Made by a program: the position numbers and the translations under genes. Positions 24,434 to 38,029 of a DNA stretch of 64,000 nt are shown here, one piece after another. Within the stretch, counting starts at the first letter, position 1; every line of letters begins with the position of its first letter. The notes beneath the pieces were generated by a model, which saw only the letters and a program-made list of their open reading frames with translations, searched no databases and had not been told where the DNA came from. This DNA is from Botryllus schlosseri. Taxonomy: Eukaryota. The stretch lies in contig CM119371.1 of NCBI GenBank assembly GCA_051294905.1, positions 22,258,001 to 22,322,000 on the forward strand, written 5' to 3'.

Positions 24434-24884
24434 AGCCCGGAATCGAATGAGCATTCCTACATCCCAGAAGACGTGCAAGAACTCCTAAACGGCCTCACAG
24501 AGTACACGCCAATCAGCGACATAGACAGCGGATTCCACGGCAGTTCCATGGCCCTGCAGTCCACATCGCAGAGGGGGCTATTTGAGTCGAACAATATGAC
24601 TTCGCAAAGCTCCAGTGAAGCCAGCGATTCCACGGCTAGCCCGGCGCCAGCCGGAGACAGCCCAGACGCGTCGCCAAACCGTGGAATATCCGGATCTCCG
24701 GACCGGATCTCGCCGGAGGCCCCGACTCCTGGAGTCGCGGCCAGGGTCGGGTTTTTCGACGCCCGGGCGACTCAGGATAAGCGCGGCGTTGCCTTCGAAG
24801 TACGGAAGCCGTCTGTAGAAGCGAACGGGTTTAGCAATGTGACCAACGTGGCGTCGGTTACGCCGAAAAAGAACACGAATCCGG
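24434..24884 (+). CDS. Host gene exon C (SPESNEHSYIP...KKNTNP)
   Basis: tttcgtttctcag| ... ccgg|gtgagt; lies within the 208-aa ORF; phase 0 in, phase 1 out. Confidence 0.9.
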
Positions 24885-25524
24885 GTGAGTTGTGTCTTTT
24901 TGTGACGTCACACATTGTTTCTGAAATTAATTTTATAATGGTGAGTGATACAGTTTTCTCGAAAGCCTTCGGTAAGATATGTGAAGTCGTCAAATTGTTA
25001 TGTGCTTCCTAGCGTTTGTCGCAGACTTGGCGATTGCATAATTGCACTTTTCTGATTAGTATTAGATTAATTTGAGCGCAATGTCATCAATCTAATTCTG
25101 GTCTAATTCGTGAAATGTTTCTACGTTCCGAGTTTGATTCTAATCTACTTTCTGGCTTTCCTGAAAATGCTACAAGAGAACTGCATAGTGCGAAACGAGC
25201 CAAGCGTGGTGCACACAGGCAATCTTCCATTTTCACGCCAATGAGGACGAATTCTGATTAGATGTGAATTGTATTTGATTTTTGTTGCGTTTCTTTGTAA
25301 TTTGTAATTAAATTTGATTTCCAAGTTTTTGTCAATTCAGTAGTTTTACTTCTAATATAATTCTAATTGTAATCCAATGTCGGAAAGCTGAAAATATGAA
25401 AGTTGTCTAAATGTGCTTTGTAGGTCATGCTCGGGGGTCCGTACGCGGCTTCGGACTTGATATCGATGGATATACTGTACTGCGGTTTATCATACTTAGT
25501 ATCGCCGGAATGTCGGGTGTAGAT

Positions 25525-26244
25525 CAGTGATTCCCAACCGCGGCCCCCAGCTACCCTTCTTCCGACCCCCAAAATATTAAGAAAATCGAGTTATGACAAA
25601 AAAATAAAATTTTTATTTATAAAATACACTTGCTTGTTACGTTCAGTGCTGTTTCGTTCCTGCCAACGGGTATACGCACGAAGATGTTTAATTATTATTG
25701 AGGGGTCCTACCTTTTCAAACACACCTCGCTCGGCTCTACCTGTAAAACTGATTACGTGAGCAGAGAGAGGATAAAAAATTGATGGCAATATATATGCAA
25801 TTCCCGATTCAATCATGAATTACAAAAATTTTTCGCGCTTGGCGCGTCTCGCCTATATAACCTGACTCACTAAATCGACTCGAAAGCAGCATAATTGGTA
25901 GTCCTATAGCTCACGACCGAAGCGTCCGCATAATTTGATAGGTCCGGTCTTTATCGAAAGCTAGTGTCGCACTGATTCCAAAAATACAAATTGAAATCTC
26001 GACAGGGCAATAAAACTACTCCGAAATAGCCAATAAAGGTCAATTTTCGTGAACAATGGGAGCGCAGCAACACAATAACCATAACAATGGCCAATGGCGT
26101 CAAGCGATTGATCGGAACAATGCCAATTTTCATATTTTGATGGCTAGTTTGGCCCCGTTTCATTGCCCTGGTATTCGTGCGGCCCCGACCGTACTCTGAA
26201 ATTCTAAATTTGGCCCTGACACCGAAAAAGGTTGGGAACCACTG
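25525..26244. mobile_element. Non-autonomous hAT (Buster/Charlie-like) element, 720 bp
   Basis: cagtgattcccaacc / ggttgggaaccactg; perfect TSD gtgtagat (25517-25524, 26245-26252). Confidence 0.93.
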
Positions 26245-26897
26245 GTGTAGATCATTCATTTTCGTACTTTTTTCGTCATCGAGCTCGATTTATCGATCAA
26301 TATCTATGTTAGTATCTGGGGCCGTGTTGTAATCGTGGATTACTTTCCCTGTGGAACATGCGCGTTGTGCCTATATTGCGTTGCGGTGAATTCGTCCGCC
26401 ATATACACTTCGACATGCGTTTTATCGCCGTATCGCCGTATCGTCTGTGTTTTCCAGTGTAAAACGCCGTGGATAATCCACGCCGACACCGAATAACAAG
26501 GTGTTAAAATGAATAATGTAACGCCATCCTATTACTCTGCTATCGGGAATGTTCTGCGGCCCGAAATAACAACGTTATTTCGTTCGCTTCCAAGACTTCG
26601 AGTCATACATTTTTCATCGCGCGAAGGAAGGATTAGCGTAGCATAGATTCTCCAGTTGGAGGCGATTATGTCGTCACTCGCGAACCAGCACTGGTCCGGT
26701 TCTGAGCCATCGCTGAATCGTTTACCTCTGTATTTTTTGAACTTTCCCGGTTGTTTCTCGGCTGTTATGATGATGTGATGGGGATGGAGATACTCGAACG
26801 CCCAGGTACTCGAATTTGCTCAGCCCTAATCCCTGGATAGAGTTAATATTATACCTGGATATAATCTGAATTTAATTCTCGATATTCTATGTAACAG

Positions 26898-26986
26898 GGG
26901 TGCCTATTCCGACCCAGACTTATCCTGAGCCCCAGCCAGCGCAAGTTCAGGTCATCACCATGAGGAATGTCTACACGGACGGACAG
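26898..26986 (+). CDS. Host gene exon D (GVPIPTQTYPEP...VYTDGQ)
   Basis: attctatgtaacag| ... cag|gtatta; phase 1 in, phase 0 out; not in the ORF track. Confidence 0.8.
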
Positions 26987-28072
26987 GTATTAATTCAAGC
27001 TTATACTGATTGTCTTTAATTATATGGTTCAAATATCGCGCGATAATTAGAGATTACCCGAAATTATCAATGGCCGGCTTCGGTTGAGAGAAGTTTGCGA
27101 TTGAAAGTCCTATTTTTCAAAGCCAACTCCCTAATATAATTCGCTCCGTGCCCCGTTCGAGTCTCAAGTACATATCTACCTATACTGGCTAGGATTTTCT
27201 CAAAATCAATACTTGTATATTGCAAATTTTTTACAATTTTACATCCTCCCCGATTCAATTTGATGCAGGCCGACTCAAATTTGCCCGAAATTCGTACGGA
27301 AATTTGATATTTTCACGATTTTTGGCGCGCCCAAATCCAACTGAGAAAATTCGTGAATATTACATTCGACTTGATCTGTTTATACTCCAAATCTGTATTT
27401 CCATGCTGTGTCCGTCGATGTAGTCATATTTCTAATAATAAAGTATAATCAATCTCTAGCACAATAGCCGTCTTTACTCTTTGTTAATTTGAATTCCCGT
27501 GGGTTACGAATGCGTATGAAGCAATTTTATTACCAGTCTTCTCGCCGTGTTTGTTTACTTAGCGTTCGACGGACTAATACCGGAATATATTTAATGAAAA
27601 TATTCGTCAGGACCAGCTCCGTAAGATGACAGATGTTGGGTTGAATAGACCATCGCTGTTTGTACCGTAGCCGAAATAGCATTTGGTTGTGCTGTGATGG
27701 AATGTCGGGAATTTAGGACCTTATGTAAAGGGCTTGTCCGATATGTTAAGCGTGGTTAATAATATGGTGTCTCTGTAAGGGCACGGGTTTAACAATAGAT
27801 AACAAATGAGGTATGTAATCCGTTTTTTGATAGGCGTGTTTATTTATGGATTTGCCTATCCTGTGGAGTGCCTTGCGCGCGCTTTTTAATACGGATAGCC
27901 CGTAATTATGATGAATTTAACACGGGTCACTTATTACGGGCTATATCGTGCACCGCAATCATAGTCTTTTTTTATCAATGACGAATGCAATTTCAATATG
28001 CATCCCACTTTAAATCCTGGCCGTTTTAGCTCAGCATACAAAACTTGCAGCAAAATATACGAGTGTTTATGT

Positions 28073-28631
28073 CAGGGTTGTAACCTGTAACCAAGTCACA
28101 AGATTCCGAGTCACAAGTCAATCACACTTTTATGGTTTTGACTCGAGTCAAGTCGAGTCATTTTTAATGCGCCACGAGTCAGTCCGAGTCCAAGTCAGTG
28201 AGTAGAGGGCCGAGTCATAGTATTGTGACTCGAGTCCAAGTCATTGTGTTCGCTGCTGGTTTAGAGTTTAATGCGCTTTAACCCACTTTTCCCGACTCTG
28301 CTCGAGTGATATAGAATGGTTCGCATTCATAATATAGTATTTTTCGTCAGTTTTAACAGTTTCCTGCCCAATTGTCCAAGTATTAGGACTGATGGACGAA
28401 ATACCAACTTTACTGTTCTTCGAAGTTACAATGAAATGTCTGTCTTGGCCGTCCTAATCTCGAGTCGTATTATTTATTCGAGTCGTGTACAATGACTCTA
28501 GTAAAAATCGAGTTGATACACAACTTGACTCGAGTCGAGTCGAATCATTTTACGAATTTGAAAAAATGACTCGAGTCAAGTCGAGTCGCCAAAAAATCGT
28601 GACCCTTGATATTCGACTCGACTCTGTCGAG
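28073..28631. mobile_element. hAT MITE family A (CAGGGTTGTAA end, GACTCGAGTC-rich), right end disrupted
   Basis: Left end and interior match 37017-38675 and 62871-63257; foldback element inserted at its right end. Confidence 0.8.
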
Positions 28632-29307
28632 TAGGGGTGTTCAAAAATGACTTTTTCTCTCAAATTCTACTGGCTACTTAATAAGATCGTTCGGTTACCT
28701 AATTGAAGCCTGCACACCGAATTCGGTTCAATTCCAACCATTAGCCGCATTGCTACAGGAGAAGACGGTTATTTATTTATTATTAAAAAATGAATGAAAA
28801 GAATTTCAAAATTTTCTGTTCGCCCCATGAAATTGTTCAGTTGTCTATAGAAACGATGTTCACCCAATTTGGCTCAATTCCAACCAACGGAAGCGGAGTT
28901 ATTGATGTCGAAAAATTTTGATTTGAATAAATAGTACGGTATTCACGGTGAGCACAATCATAATAGAAAATTCAATAATTGGCCAATGTAAATACTATTT
29001 TATTCAATTCCAAATTTTTTCGACGGCATTAACTCCGCTTCCAGTGGTTGAAAATTGAAATTGAGCCAAATTGGGTGAGCATCGTTTCTATAGACAACCT
29101 AAAAATTTCATGGGGTGAACTGGAAATTTTGAATTTTTTTCATTCATTTCCTCATAATAAATAACAAAAACTTACTTCTCCTGTAGCAATGCGGCTACTA
29201 GTTGGAATTGAACCAAATTTGGTGTGTAGACTTTAATAAGGTAACCTAACAATTTTATCAAGTAGCCAGTTGAATTTGAGAGAGAAAGTCGTTTTCGAAC
29301 ACCCCTA
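28632..29307. mobile_element. Foldback hAT MITE, 676 bp
   Basis: taggggtgttc...gaacaccccta; ~300-bp imperfect inverted arms; perfect TSD ctgtcgag (28624-28631, 29308-29315). Confidence 0.95.
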
Positions 29308-29929
29308 CTGTCGAGCCACTAGCAATATGTTTCCGCGCTAGTACAATGTGGCGAGCAAAGATCTTCGGGCGCCTATAGTAAATTCCGACATCGCGTCGAT
29401 ACAGTTGCAGCGGTTACGTTTGCTCAGGTGAGACGCCGCTAACTTTCTCGAACCGCCGTACACAAGGATTTATTGACTAAGCCATTACCGCCGGGTTAGC
29501 CTGAATACAGCCTCTTTCCAAAGCCGTTTGACAAATGAACACTGTTGTCCAGCCATTGGTGGGAAGTGTAGCAGGCCTTGGGTTTGTGCAGCTGTGCGGT
29601 AGTCGCGCGTATCCGATAACGTACATACTAACCAGTCACCGCATAACTATGCGACAATAGAGTGTGGAATGTAACCTGTTGTTAGCACAATGGCGTTGTG
29701 GAATGCATTTACGGTGCTGTTTTTTAGGCGGGCTTTTGATTCTATTTCTGTTGAACACGGGTAACTTTGAATTGTGCCGGTGTCGCTGTGTTTTTACAGT
29801 TGTATGATGGATATGCGGTGAAACTGAATAGATATGTTGTCAATAAATGTGCGTGCGAGTACATCTGATGTGGATAATATGTCTATTTTCGTGAAGCCAC
29901 CGTTTGACAGGCCGGTCGAAGCTCGGGCA

Positions 29930-30870
29930 AAATTGATTCGCAGCGGAATCGAATCGAACTTCAATATCCGAGCGCGAATCGAATCGATTCACTATTTGGT
30001 TGACAATAAAATACAGCTCATCTTCAAACTCCCGGTGTGTTGAATTTACTTTCGATTGTGTGGTAAATATTGAAAAATACTTGTTTTGGCCTTGATTTTG
30101 GAGTCCGATTCGAATTGGCTCTTGATTGAGTGTGCCCGTAATTAGAATATATTGAATTGGTTCGATTCGGGCGTGTATATTCGAGTTCGATTAGGATCTT
30201 GTTCGTGGATGAACGCGGAGGCAATTTGAGGTGGAATTGGGTATTGTGCTTCATTTATTAACAAAATTCGAAAATAGCGGTTCGATTAGATTCTATTCGA
30301 ACATGAATGTTGGACTGTTGGAGTACGATTAGTACCGGTATGGGATAATTTTTAATTTACCGCACCCCAGTTTTTATACTTCAATTATTAAAAATAATGA
30401 AATATGGCGATTAGGTTCGATTATATTCGAGCGTGAATGTCGGAGTTCGATTCGAATCAGATGTGGTTCGATTTACCCCATCTCAGTTATCATATTTCAT
30501 TCGTTAAAAAAATACAAGATAATGGTTCAATTACATTCTAATATGCTTCTTATATTAAAAACATTCTAAATATTCAAAATTGAGAGTCGATCAGATTCTA
30601 TTTGGTCGTGACTATAGGAGTTCGACTCGAATCGGATGCAGTTCGATCCACCCGTATTCTATTTATGAAAATTATCGAAACATATCGGTTCGATTAGATT
30701 CTATTCGGGCGTCGATGTCGGAGTTCGATTCGAAACGGTTGTGATTCGATTCGATCGAATTACCACTCTGTAGTTATTGCATTTTATTTATTCAAAATAT
30801 TTACAAATGTAGATTCGATTAGATCCTAGCCGTACGTGGATATTAAAGTCAGATTCTAGCCGAATGTGGT
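29930..30870. repeat. TTCGA-rich degenerate repeat block, ~130-bp units in the right part
   Basis: ggttcgattagattctattcg-like motif at ~30279, 30414, 30585, 30687, 30812; no convincing TIR/TSD. Confidence 0.65.
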
Positions 30871-32739
30871 TTGGTTTACCCCAAACCTGGTAGTTGTTAT
30901 CTAATGCTGTCGCTGTAGAAGTGTAAAGTAAGTGCACTAGTCGCTTGAACTGAACCCGTGGCCAAGCCGCAATGCAATCTCCCAGCACCCAGACAGTCAA
31001 CATTTCTCTGAAACATGAATTTTCTACCGGCCGTCAAAACATGCGGTGGCCCGTAATGGGTTAGCGGTCGGCGTGCGTGTTTTCCAGTTAGAATTTGGCT
31101 TTACGGTCATGGCCAATTGGTTTTTTTTCCGACTGTCTGAAATCTGGATATTTTAAAAGATTCTGTAATCTCAATTCGCAAAAGCGCTGCCGTGCCATTA
31201 AAGCATCCATAATCGCTGGCGCTGGGCGCTGTTGTTGATGTAAATAGCACTCGTAAAAGTGAATAGTTCAGCGACTAATGAACTACTCCGATGGGTGTTT
31301 GGGTGGATTTCAAGGCGTGTTTACTATCATCAACCCTCGTTAATGTAACGTGGAAAGTTTGCGGTGCCGTGCTATAGGAAGATAAATGAGGAGATACGGC
31401 GTTTTTTCTGCAAAGATTGGCTCTTTATCGAGATTTAAATATGTTTTAGGCTGTTCTCCCTTTGTAATAAAATTTCCTACCCACAGACATCGGCGTGTTT
31501 CGTGAAATTGGGCTAATAGTCTATTCGTGGTCGTGGGGAACACAAATAGCGATAGTGCGAATTATGACGGACCTAAGCTCGTTTTAAGCTTCAGTCACTG
31601 GACCCTTTAATTGAAATCTACTCAAGTCGTTTCTATCCCTTCCTATCCTTACCCTCCATCAGAAGATTTGGTGTTTTGAATTAATGTAATCTTCAATGAA
31701 TTGTACTGAACCGAACATTATTATTCAACTGTGGTTATATCAATGAAACCACGCATCTCGAAGTAACAGAGGATAAATAACCCCCACGGCTCTATGTGGA
31801 AGCCTCAAAGTGCGAAAAATTGAAAAAGTGTTATCACATTACTAAGATCCCACGAATATTGCTTGCTTTGGAATATGCCGAGTATCCAAAAATATATCTC
31901 GCTTAAGCGTGCAGTACACATACACACGCTCGCGCTGAATGAAATCGATTATTATTATTAATGGGTACGCGATTAGGATTTAACTAGGGGATGTGCAACC
32001 TTTTTGACAAGCGACAAAAACGTAGATAACACCGTGAAACCGCTGGCCCCGGATAGACTTTCTATCAATCATAACGCCTCTATTTCGTTAGGAATTGATA
32101 ACGTTGACGGCGACATCTATCAATACAACTCAGCATCGGATTATTTATAAGGGAAATCGCACGATGCGAATACTTTTGACAAAACATCAATTGCCAAGTC
32201 AGCATGCGCATATTTGAGTGATTATTGATAGCATTATTCTGTGTCTGCACAAAGCCCAATTGAGCTTAGCTCAAATGCTCCTGACTGACCAAGGTGAATT
32301 CGAAATCCCCATTTGAAATATTCGATATATCGGGTACCCTTGTTGCAGCGAAATCCAAACCATATGGCGTGGCGTCTATCTGTATTTGAATTTGACCTAT
32401 TCCGCCGAATATTCCAACCGTGACAGTACGGGGCAAACATCTCTGTAATTTGTAGAGATTACGCAACCCTCCTGGTCTACGTGCGATTCGGCACGGTACT
32501 GTGTTTGTTGGTAATTCTATAGGTTACGTTACGTCTTACCGCTCCTAATCTAATGCGCTTGCTAATTGCTGTAGGAGTAGTTGCACGAAAGTTTCGTTAG
32601 ACCCACGCTGATTAAAATACCCACAGGCCACATCCTAGTAACACAGGCATGCAAAGCAGTCCCCAGTCTTACTTAGCTAGAAGTTCAATATGCAATTGGA
32701 TAATATATTCGTATAGGAATACAGCCTAATATTTTCAAC

Positions 32740-32935
32740 AGACACTCGTGATCTAAAAATAGTACATTGGACTGAAGCGATCTCTCCGATTATCCGACAT
32801 TGCATGCCGATGACGTCATATTTTGTGATACGATTGTTGATATACAATGTTTTTTTCAATTCTCTGACGATTACCCCTGACCAGTTTCAGCCGAGAATGG
32901 CCGTGTTCATTTCAATACGAATATATTTTCCAACT
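32740..32935. mobile_element. Family D unclassified TIR element, fragment
   Basis: tgacgtcatattttgtgatacgattg...tgacgattacccctgac...ttcatttcaata matches 34470-34739 and 58600-59035. Confidence 0.75.
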
Positions 32936-33417
32936 GAAAGCTGTTTGTAGAGGTCAATTCCTATTCAACCTTTTCGACGTTCGGCGAAATACACATGTCT
33001 ATTCATAGACCAGCGGTATTTGCGTTGGCCAGTTTTTGCTTATCGAGCGGAACCGGCTGGTTCCCTGTCACGAGGTGTTAACTTAACCTGGGTTTATCGC
33101 CAAATGCTGCTGTTTACTGGGAAATCCCTGGTTGCGCGGTTTGTTTTGGTTGGCAGCGCGGCGAAAATGCTTTTCTCCGAGCAAGTGTTGAGTGGGTGGA
33201 CGCTTGTTATGCCAAGTGCAATGTCTCGTCTGTAATTTTGCCGGCGTATAGCAGCTTTTCTTCGTAAACGGACTTATGGAAACAGCCAGTGTCGCCCCAA
33301 AAAAGAGTCGTAATGCGCTAAAGATAGCATTTTACAGTCTGCGTATGAAAAAAATGCTGTGCCGCATTTGCTTAGTACAAGGGTCGTGGTTGTTGTGATG
33401 AGTGTATTGTTAGCCAT

Positions 33418-33946
33418 TAGGGCTGGGCACAATGATTCGAGTACTCGAATCTGAATCGAGTATTAATTTTAATGATTCGAGTCGAGTAGTAAAAGACGAT
33501 TTTTTCGAGTACTGAAATTATACGCTCCTCACCACTGAAAGTTGATTTATCAACGAGGAGTTTATCAACGATCAACGAGTTTATGCTAATTTCACTGTTG
33601 AAGCCTTGAAACCTTGATTGGCCGTATCGCAGCATGCGAAACATGAAGTACAAAGCTACGAACGTTACTGGAAATAGCACATTTCCGAAGTCATGATCAC
33701 CCCACAATATTGTCACCAAGTGTAATGAAATCGGTATGGTCGAAAAAAATAACAAAGTATCCTTAATATGATGGATAACAGTCATTATATTCTTTGTGGT
33801 CGCTTAAAAGGTACATATTTGAACTTTGACAAATAATATTCTGCTATGACGTCATAATGAGTGATACTCGATTACTCGACTCGACTCGAAGCATTTTACG
33901 TGATTCAGAATCGAATCACTCAGGTACTCGATTTTGCCCAGCCCTA
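33418..33946. mobile_element. hAT MITE family G, 529 bp
   Basis: tagggctgggca / tgcccagcccta; perfect TSD ttagccat (33410-33417, 33947-33954). Confidence 0.95.
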
Positions 33947-34469
33947 TTAGCCATATAGATTCTGGACGAGCTTGTTATGGATGTGGACGGTGTTGATTAG
34001 ATAAGGTGATTAGGCTGTGTTGCACATGCGATCGCGCTGATTCAATAGATTTCATGATCTGAGTTTGTGAATGGCGGTGTTGTTTTAAAAAAAACGAGGG
34101 TGCGCGATTGCGCATAGTACTAACTATAGTATAATATCCGGATGTTATAGCGCATGTAGATTGTAGAAGCATGTTTTCTTTTTCAAAATCTGTGAACTCA
34201 ATATCGGGATCCGGCTCTGCCAGGTCTAGGGCTGGGCGAAACTAGTAGCTGGGTGATTCGATTTTGAATCGAAATCGTCTGGCAATCGAGAGGTCATGGT
34301 GTCATAACAGTATGGATGACGTGCCAGGGGTCGGATAAATGTTACTTGTAGGCCGCAGTGTTGCCATACCGTCCGTATCTGTAAGATTTGTCGTTCTATT
34401 CACGTGTGATATCTTATAAAAACTGCTTTGTCCTTGTTTATCTTTTTGACTTTTGTGCAAGACTGAAGG

Positions 34470-34739
34470 ATGCGCGTTTGCGAAGTGTGGCAGCCAAGGC
34501 TGTGTCAACAAAAAGAGTGCTCGTGCGATCAAAAAATAGTACATTGAGCGCTCTCGTATTTGACATTTCATGCTGGTGACGTCATATTTTGTGATACGAT
34601 TGCCGATATACAATGTTGTTTTGAATTCTCTATTAGTTGCTGACGATTACCCCTGACGAGTGTCAGCCGAAAATATTCGGGCTCATTTCAATATGAATAT
34701 ACTATTCAATTGTATATTGTAGTTTTCCACCTTCAAGAA
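34470..34739. mobile_element. Family D unclassified TIR element, fragment with one terminus
   Basis: Reverse-complement match to 58600-58830; ends ...ccaccttcaagaa. Confidence 0.75.
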
Positions 34740-36411
34740 ACTGTATTAAATAAATGAAATATATCAACCCCTGGAGGATTTGGCGCTGGTAGTAACCGGG
34801 TTTATTCTGAACTGCGGGAATTCGCTATTCGGGTACGGTGCCCATCCTTGCCAAATGAGGTTTTAGAGGTTTTATTCTCATCTAAACCTGGAATTATTAC
34901 AAGTTCTACGACCACATATACTAATATGCCGATAGCAAATAACCGGTTGAAACCCGACTCCGGCCAAAGCGTCATCTTGTAATACTCCACCCTCATTAAT
35001 CCGTGGGAGCTTATTCGCGTTCGCGTTGCCACCGCAACTTGCAATATCGAACCCGACCAACCCGCGATAATGCGAGCTTGACTTCAAAGCTAATATACGC
35101 GCCGGCAATCGACTTGAAAGAGTTCTCAAGTGGCGCGGTTTAATTCTTATCTAGTAGGCGGCAGGATCCGTGTCTCGCCATCAGTCGCGGCATTAGATGC
35201 ACGCGTGGGAAATTAGAGGCTCCTAGGTTTGGTATGGCGGTTACGTAACGATTTTGACTGTAGCGACTGGAGATCCAAATAGAATTAGGCCTTGGTAATA
35301 TGATTCGAGAACTAGACAGGTGACCAGTAACGACGTACTTCTACCTTTACGGAGTACTCGGTTATATTTTGCCTACCCGCACTTATGCACTGTTGCTCTA
35401 CTTAACTCTTGTGGATATAATTTCGAACTACTTCTACTTTACTGAATAGTTTTATGTTATCAAGCAAAACTAGGTCTAGATTACTTGGAAATCGCCGCTT
35501 CTGCGTGAAGGGTGTAGAAATTTATGGCGATACATTTACCTTTACTTGAATGCCAACGATGAATGAATTAATCGAGCATTAATTTCTCTGCATTATCACA
35601 AAGTGCAATAAAATATTTATGGTATGAACAATAACTAGTAACTATGTATACGTCATGTGATGTAGGGCTGGCTTTATTTTAATAATGGCATCGTAAAAGG
35701 TACATTGTTTACCTTTCCATATCATCTCTGGGTTATATTTCGGGTTCTATATTATATTTTGACATGTACGAGCAGTCAGCACCAGAGTTACCAGCTTGGC
35801 CGTATATAATTCCCCAGTTCCGAACGAAGTGCCAGGTCCGCTGCCACAATCAACCTATGTCTGGCTGTTACAGTTATGAGCACATCCAGATTTCGAGATT
35901 CGACTAATTTCGGCCCCTCAATATTCTATCGTGTATCTGTGATTGTAATCTCGTGACGTGACACAAGCTATCCTAGCACGTCGTCATTTGTTGCGCTGCG
36001 TTCCGCCACATCTGCTGCTCTATCGCGCTATCTCGTCGCTTAGCGATAAGCTACATCGATTGCTTTTTATTGTGGCGATACAAACAAACAGCTCGCTGTC
36101 GAAGATCAGACCATATTTGTAAACAGAAAGTCTTGTTTTGTGGAATCTACCGCGCGGAAGTAATTATTAGGCAATCAAGGTTTTGTGGGAAATAAGCTAC
36201 CTTAGTTGGTGTGTAGAGAGAGTCGATTTTAGGTGTTGTCCAGATGTGGTGAAACTAATCATCGTTGCTCATCAAGTAGAAGTGGAACTAACGCAACAAA
36301 TTTCTACTCAATACCAAGTATAGGCTTCGAGACGTTTTACAGTTATTTGAAGTGGGAGTGGAAAATGAATGGTCTGTGAGTGCTCAAATATGTAATTTTA
36401 AAGGTATTTAT

Positions 36412-36795
36412 TAGGGCAATTATTTGTCGCAGTCAAATCCGTGGCGAGTAGCACCTATTTTTCACAAAAGTTGCATCAAAGAGTTGCATTTTATGGACAA
36501 GTTCCTTGAAATTATTAGGGTGTGAGATACTAGAATCGATCCGTTTTCAAGGCACTGTAGCAAAACCCAATGTTGGCGATTTCAACAAAATCAATAGCCT
36601 GAAAAAATTGACCCAGTGACAATATAATTTTTGGCGGTCTGGCCTGTATTCATGTAATATCAAAAAAGTTGCAAAAAGTTGCAATATAAGATTCCTCCAA
36701 ACAGCTTGAAACACCATACTACACAGCTTCCGAGTATTTAGGAAGCTGCCGGAACCTGTAAAGAAAAGTTGCAAAAGTTGCAAAAACTTGCCCTA
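36412..36795. mobile_element. MITE family H
   Basis: tagggcaa...ttgcccta; possible TSD gtatttat/gtaatttt (6/8); homolog at 8499-9044. Confidence 0.75.
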
Positions 36796-38029
36796 GTAAT
36801 TTTATATGGTAGGTTTGGTTAATGTGTCGCATACACAAGTACAGTTAACCGAAAGTGGCTGCATTGAGACGACATCTTGTATTGTTGCTAAGAGATCTGG
36901 GTTCGCGAAACTATGGTTCCAGATACCACAACACTATTCGTACTCGGCCTATTATAACCCGATTTTCGGGTTTTGAGATTAAAAGATCGTGTAATATCCG
37001 GCGGTAGCTATACACACAGGGTTGTAACCAAGTTGCAAGGTTCCGAGTCGCAAGTCAATCTCAGTTTTATAGTTTCGACTCGAGTCAAGTCGGGTCATTT
37101 TCAATTCACTACCGAGTCAAGTCCGAGTCCAAGTCAGCTAGTAGAGGCTCGAGTCCAAGTCATTATGCTCCCTGCTCAGTTTTCAGTTCCATCCGGTTCA
37201 ACACACTATTTCCAACTATGCTCGAGGGTTATAGAATGGCTCGCATTCATAAAATAGTAATTACCTCAGTATAACAGTTTCTGGCCCTATTTCCATGTAT
37301 CAGAACTGATAGACGAAATACCAATGATGTGTTAACTTTACTATCCTTCGAAGTTACAATGAAATGTCCGTCTAGGCCAGGGGTGGGCAAACTTTTCAGC
37401 TCGCGGGCCGCATTCAACATCTTAATCCATTCGCGGGCCGCACTATATATAATTGGGATTATAAACCAAAATGCAATATTGGTATTTGATTACAGTGAGG
37501 ACGTGGATATAATATATATGCTTATTTAAAACAAACAAAACATTGCTTTGGTGATATCATACACGCGTCAGAAGCAGTGACGTGATTTCATAGGCAGGTC
37601 GACCTCAATGACCAATTTGCCAAAACTATAGAGATGAAAGTCGGTTGTCCCGATTCTTAGAACAGGATTGAAATTTAAATCTGTTAGCAGCGATCTGTTT
37701 ATAGATTTACTAATTCCACTTTTTGGTTCAGTTCCAGGACACACAATGCTGACAGCATCATAACCATGTTAGATTAAACACGCTTCTACTATTTGCAGAT
37801 AAAATATAAATACCCTAAGTCTACGCATAGAACGAATCTATAAGCGCATCACTAAAATAGTTAAAACTGGAGTGGCCAATCTGAAATCACACTCGTGATC
37901 AGAATTATGTCAATCTCGTTTAGGATTTCTGTGATTTTTAGAAGTTGAAACCTTTCAAACTCTGTGGGCCTTGAGATGGTCGAGCCAGAAATTAAACATA
38001 AAATTAATAGAGGAAATATTTACTTAGAA

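Noticed and set aside
28100-28625. Recurrent gactcgagtc / tcgagtc repeats suggesting a CRISPR-like array
   Set aside because: Irregular spacing and variable short repeats; they are subterminal motifs of hAT MITE family A in a eukaryotic intron
32266-32466. Protein-like minus-strand ORF (VTVGIFGGIGQIQIQID...) with possible cag|...|gtcagt sites
   Set aside because: No recognisable motif and no partner exons found; a nested antisense gene cannot be supported
35776-35835. Possible 60-nt phase-0 cassette exon (SAPELPAWPYIIPQFRTKCQ)
   Set aside because: Weak polypyrimidine tract and weak donor (gtccgc)
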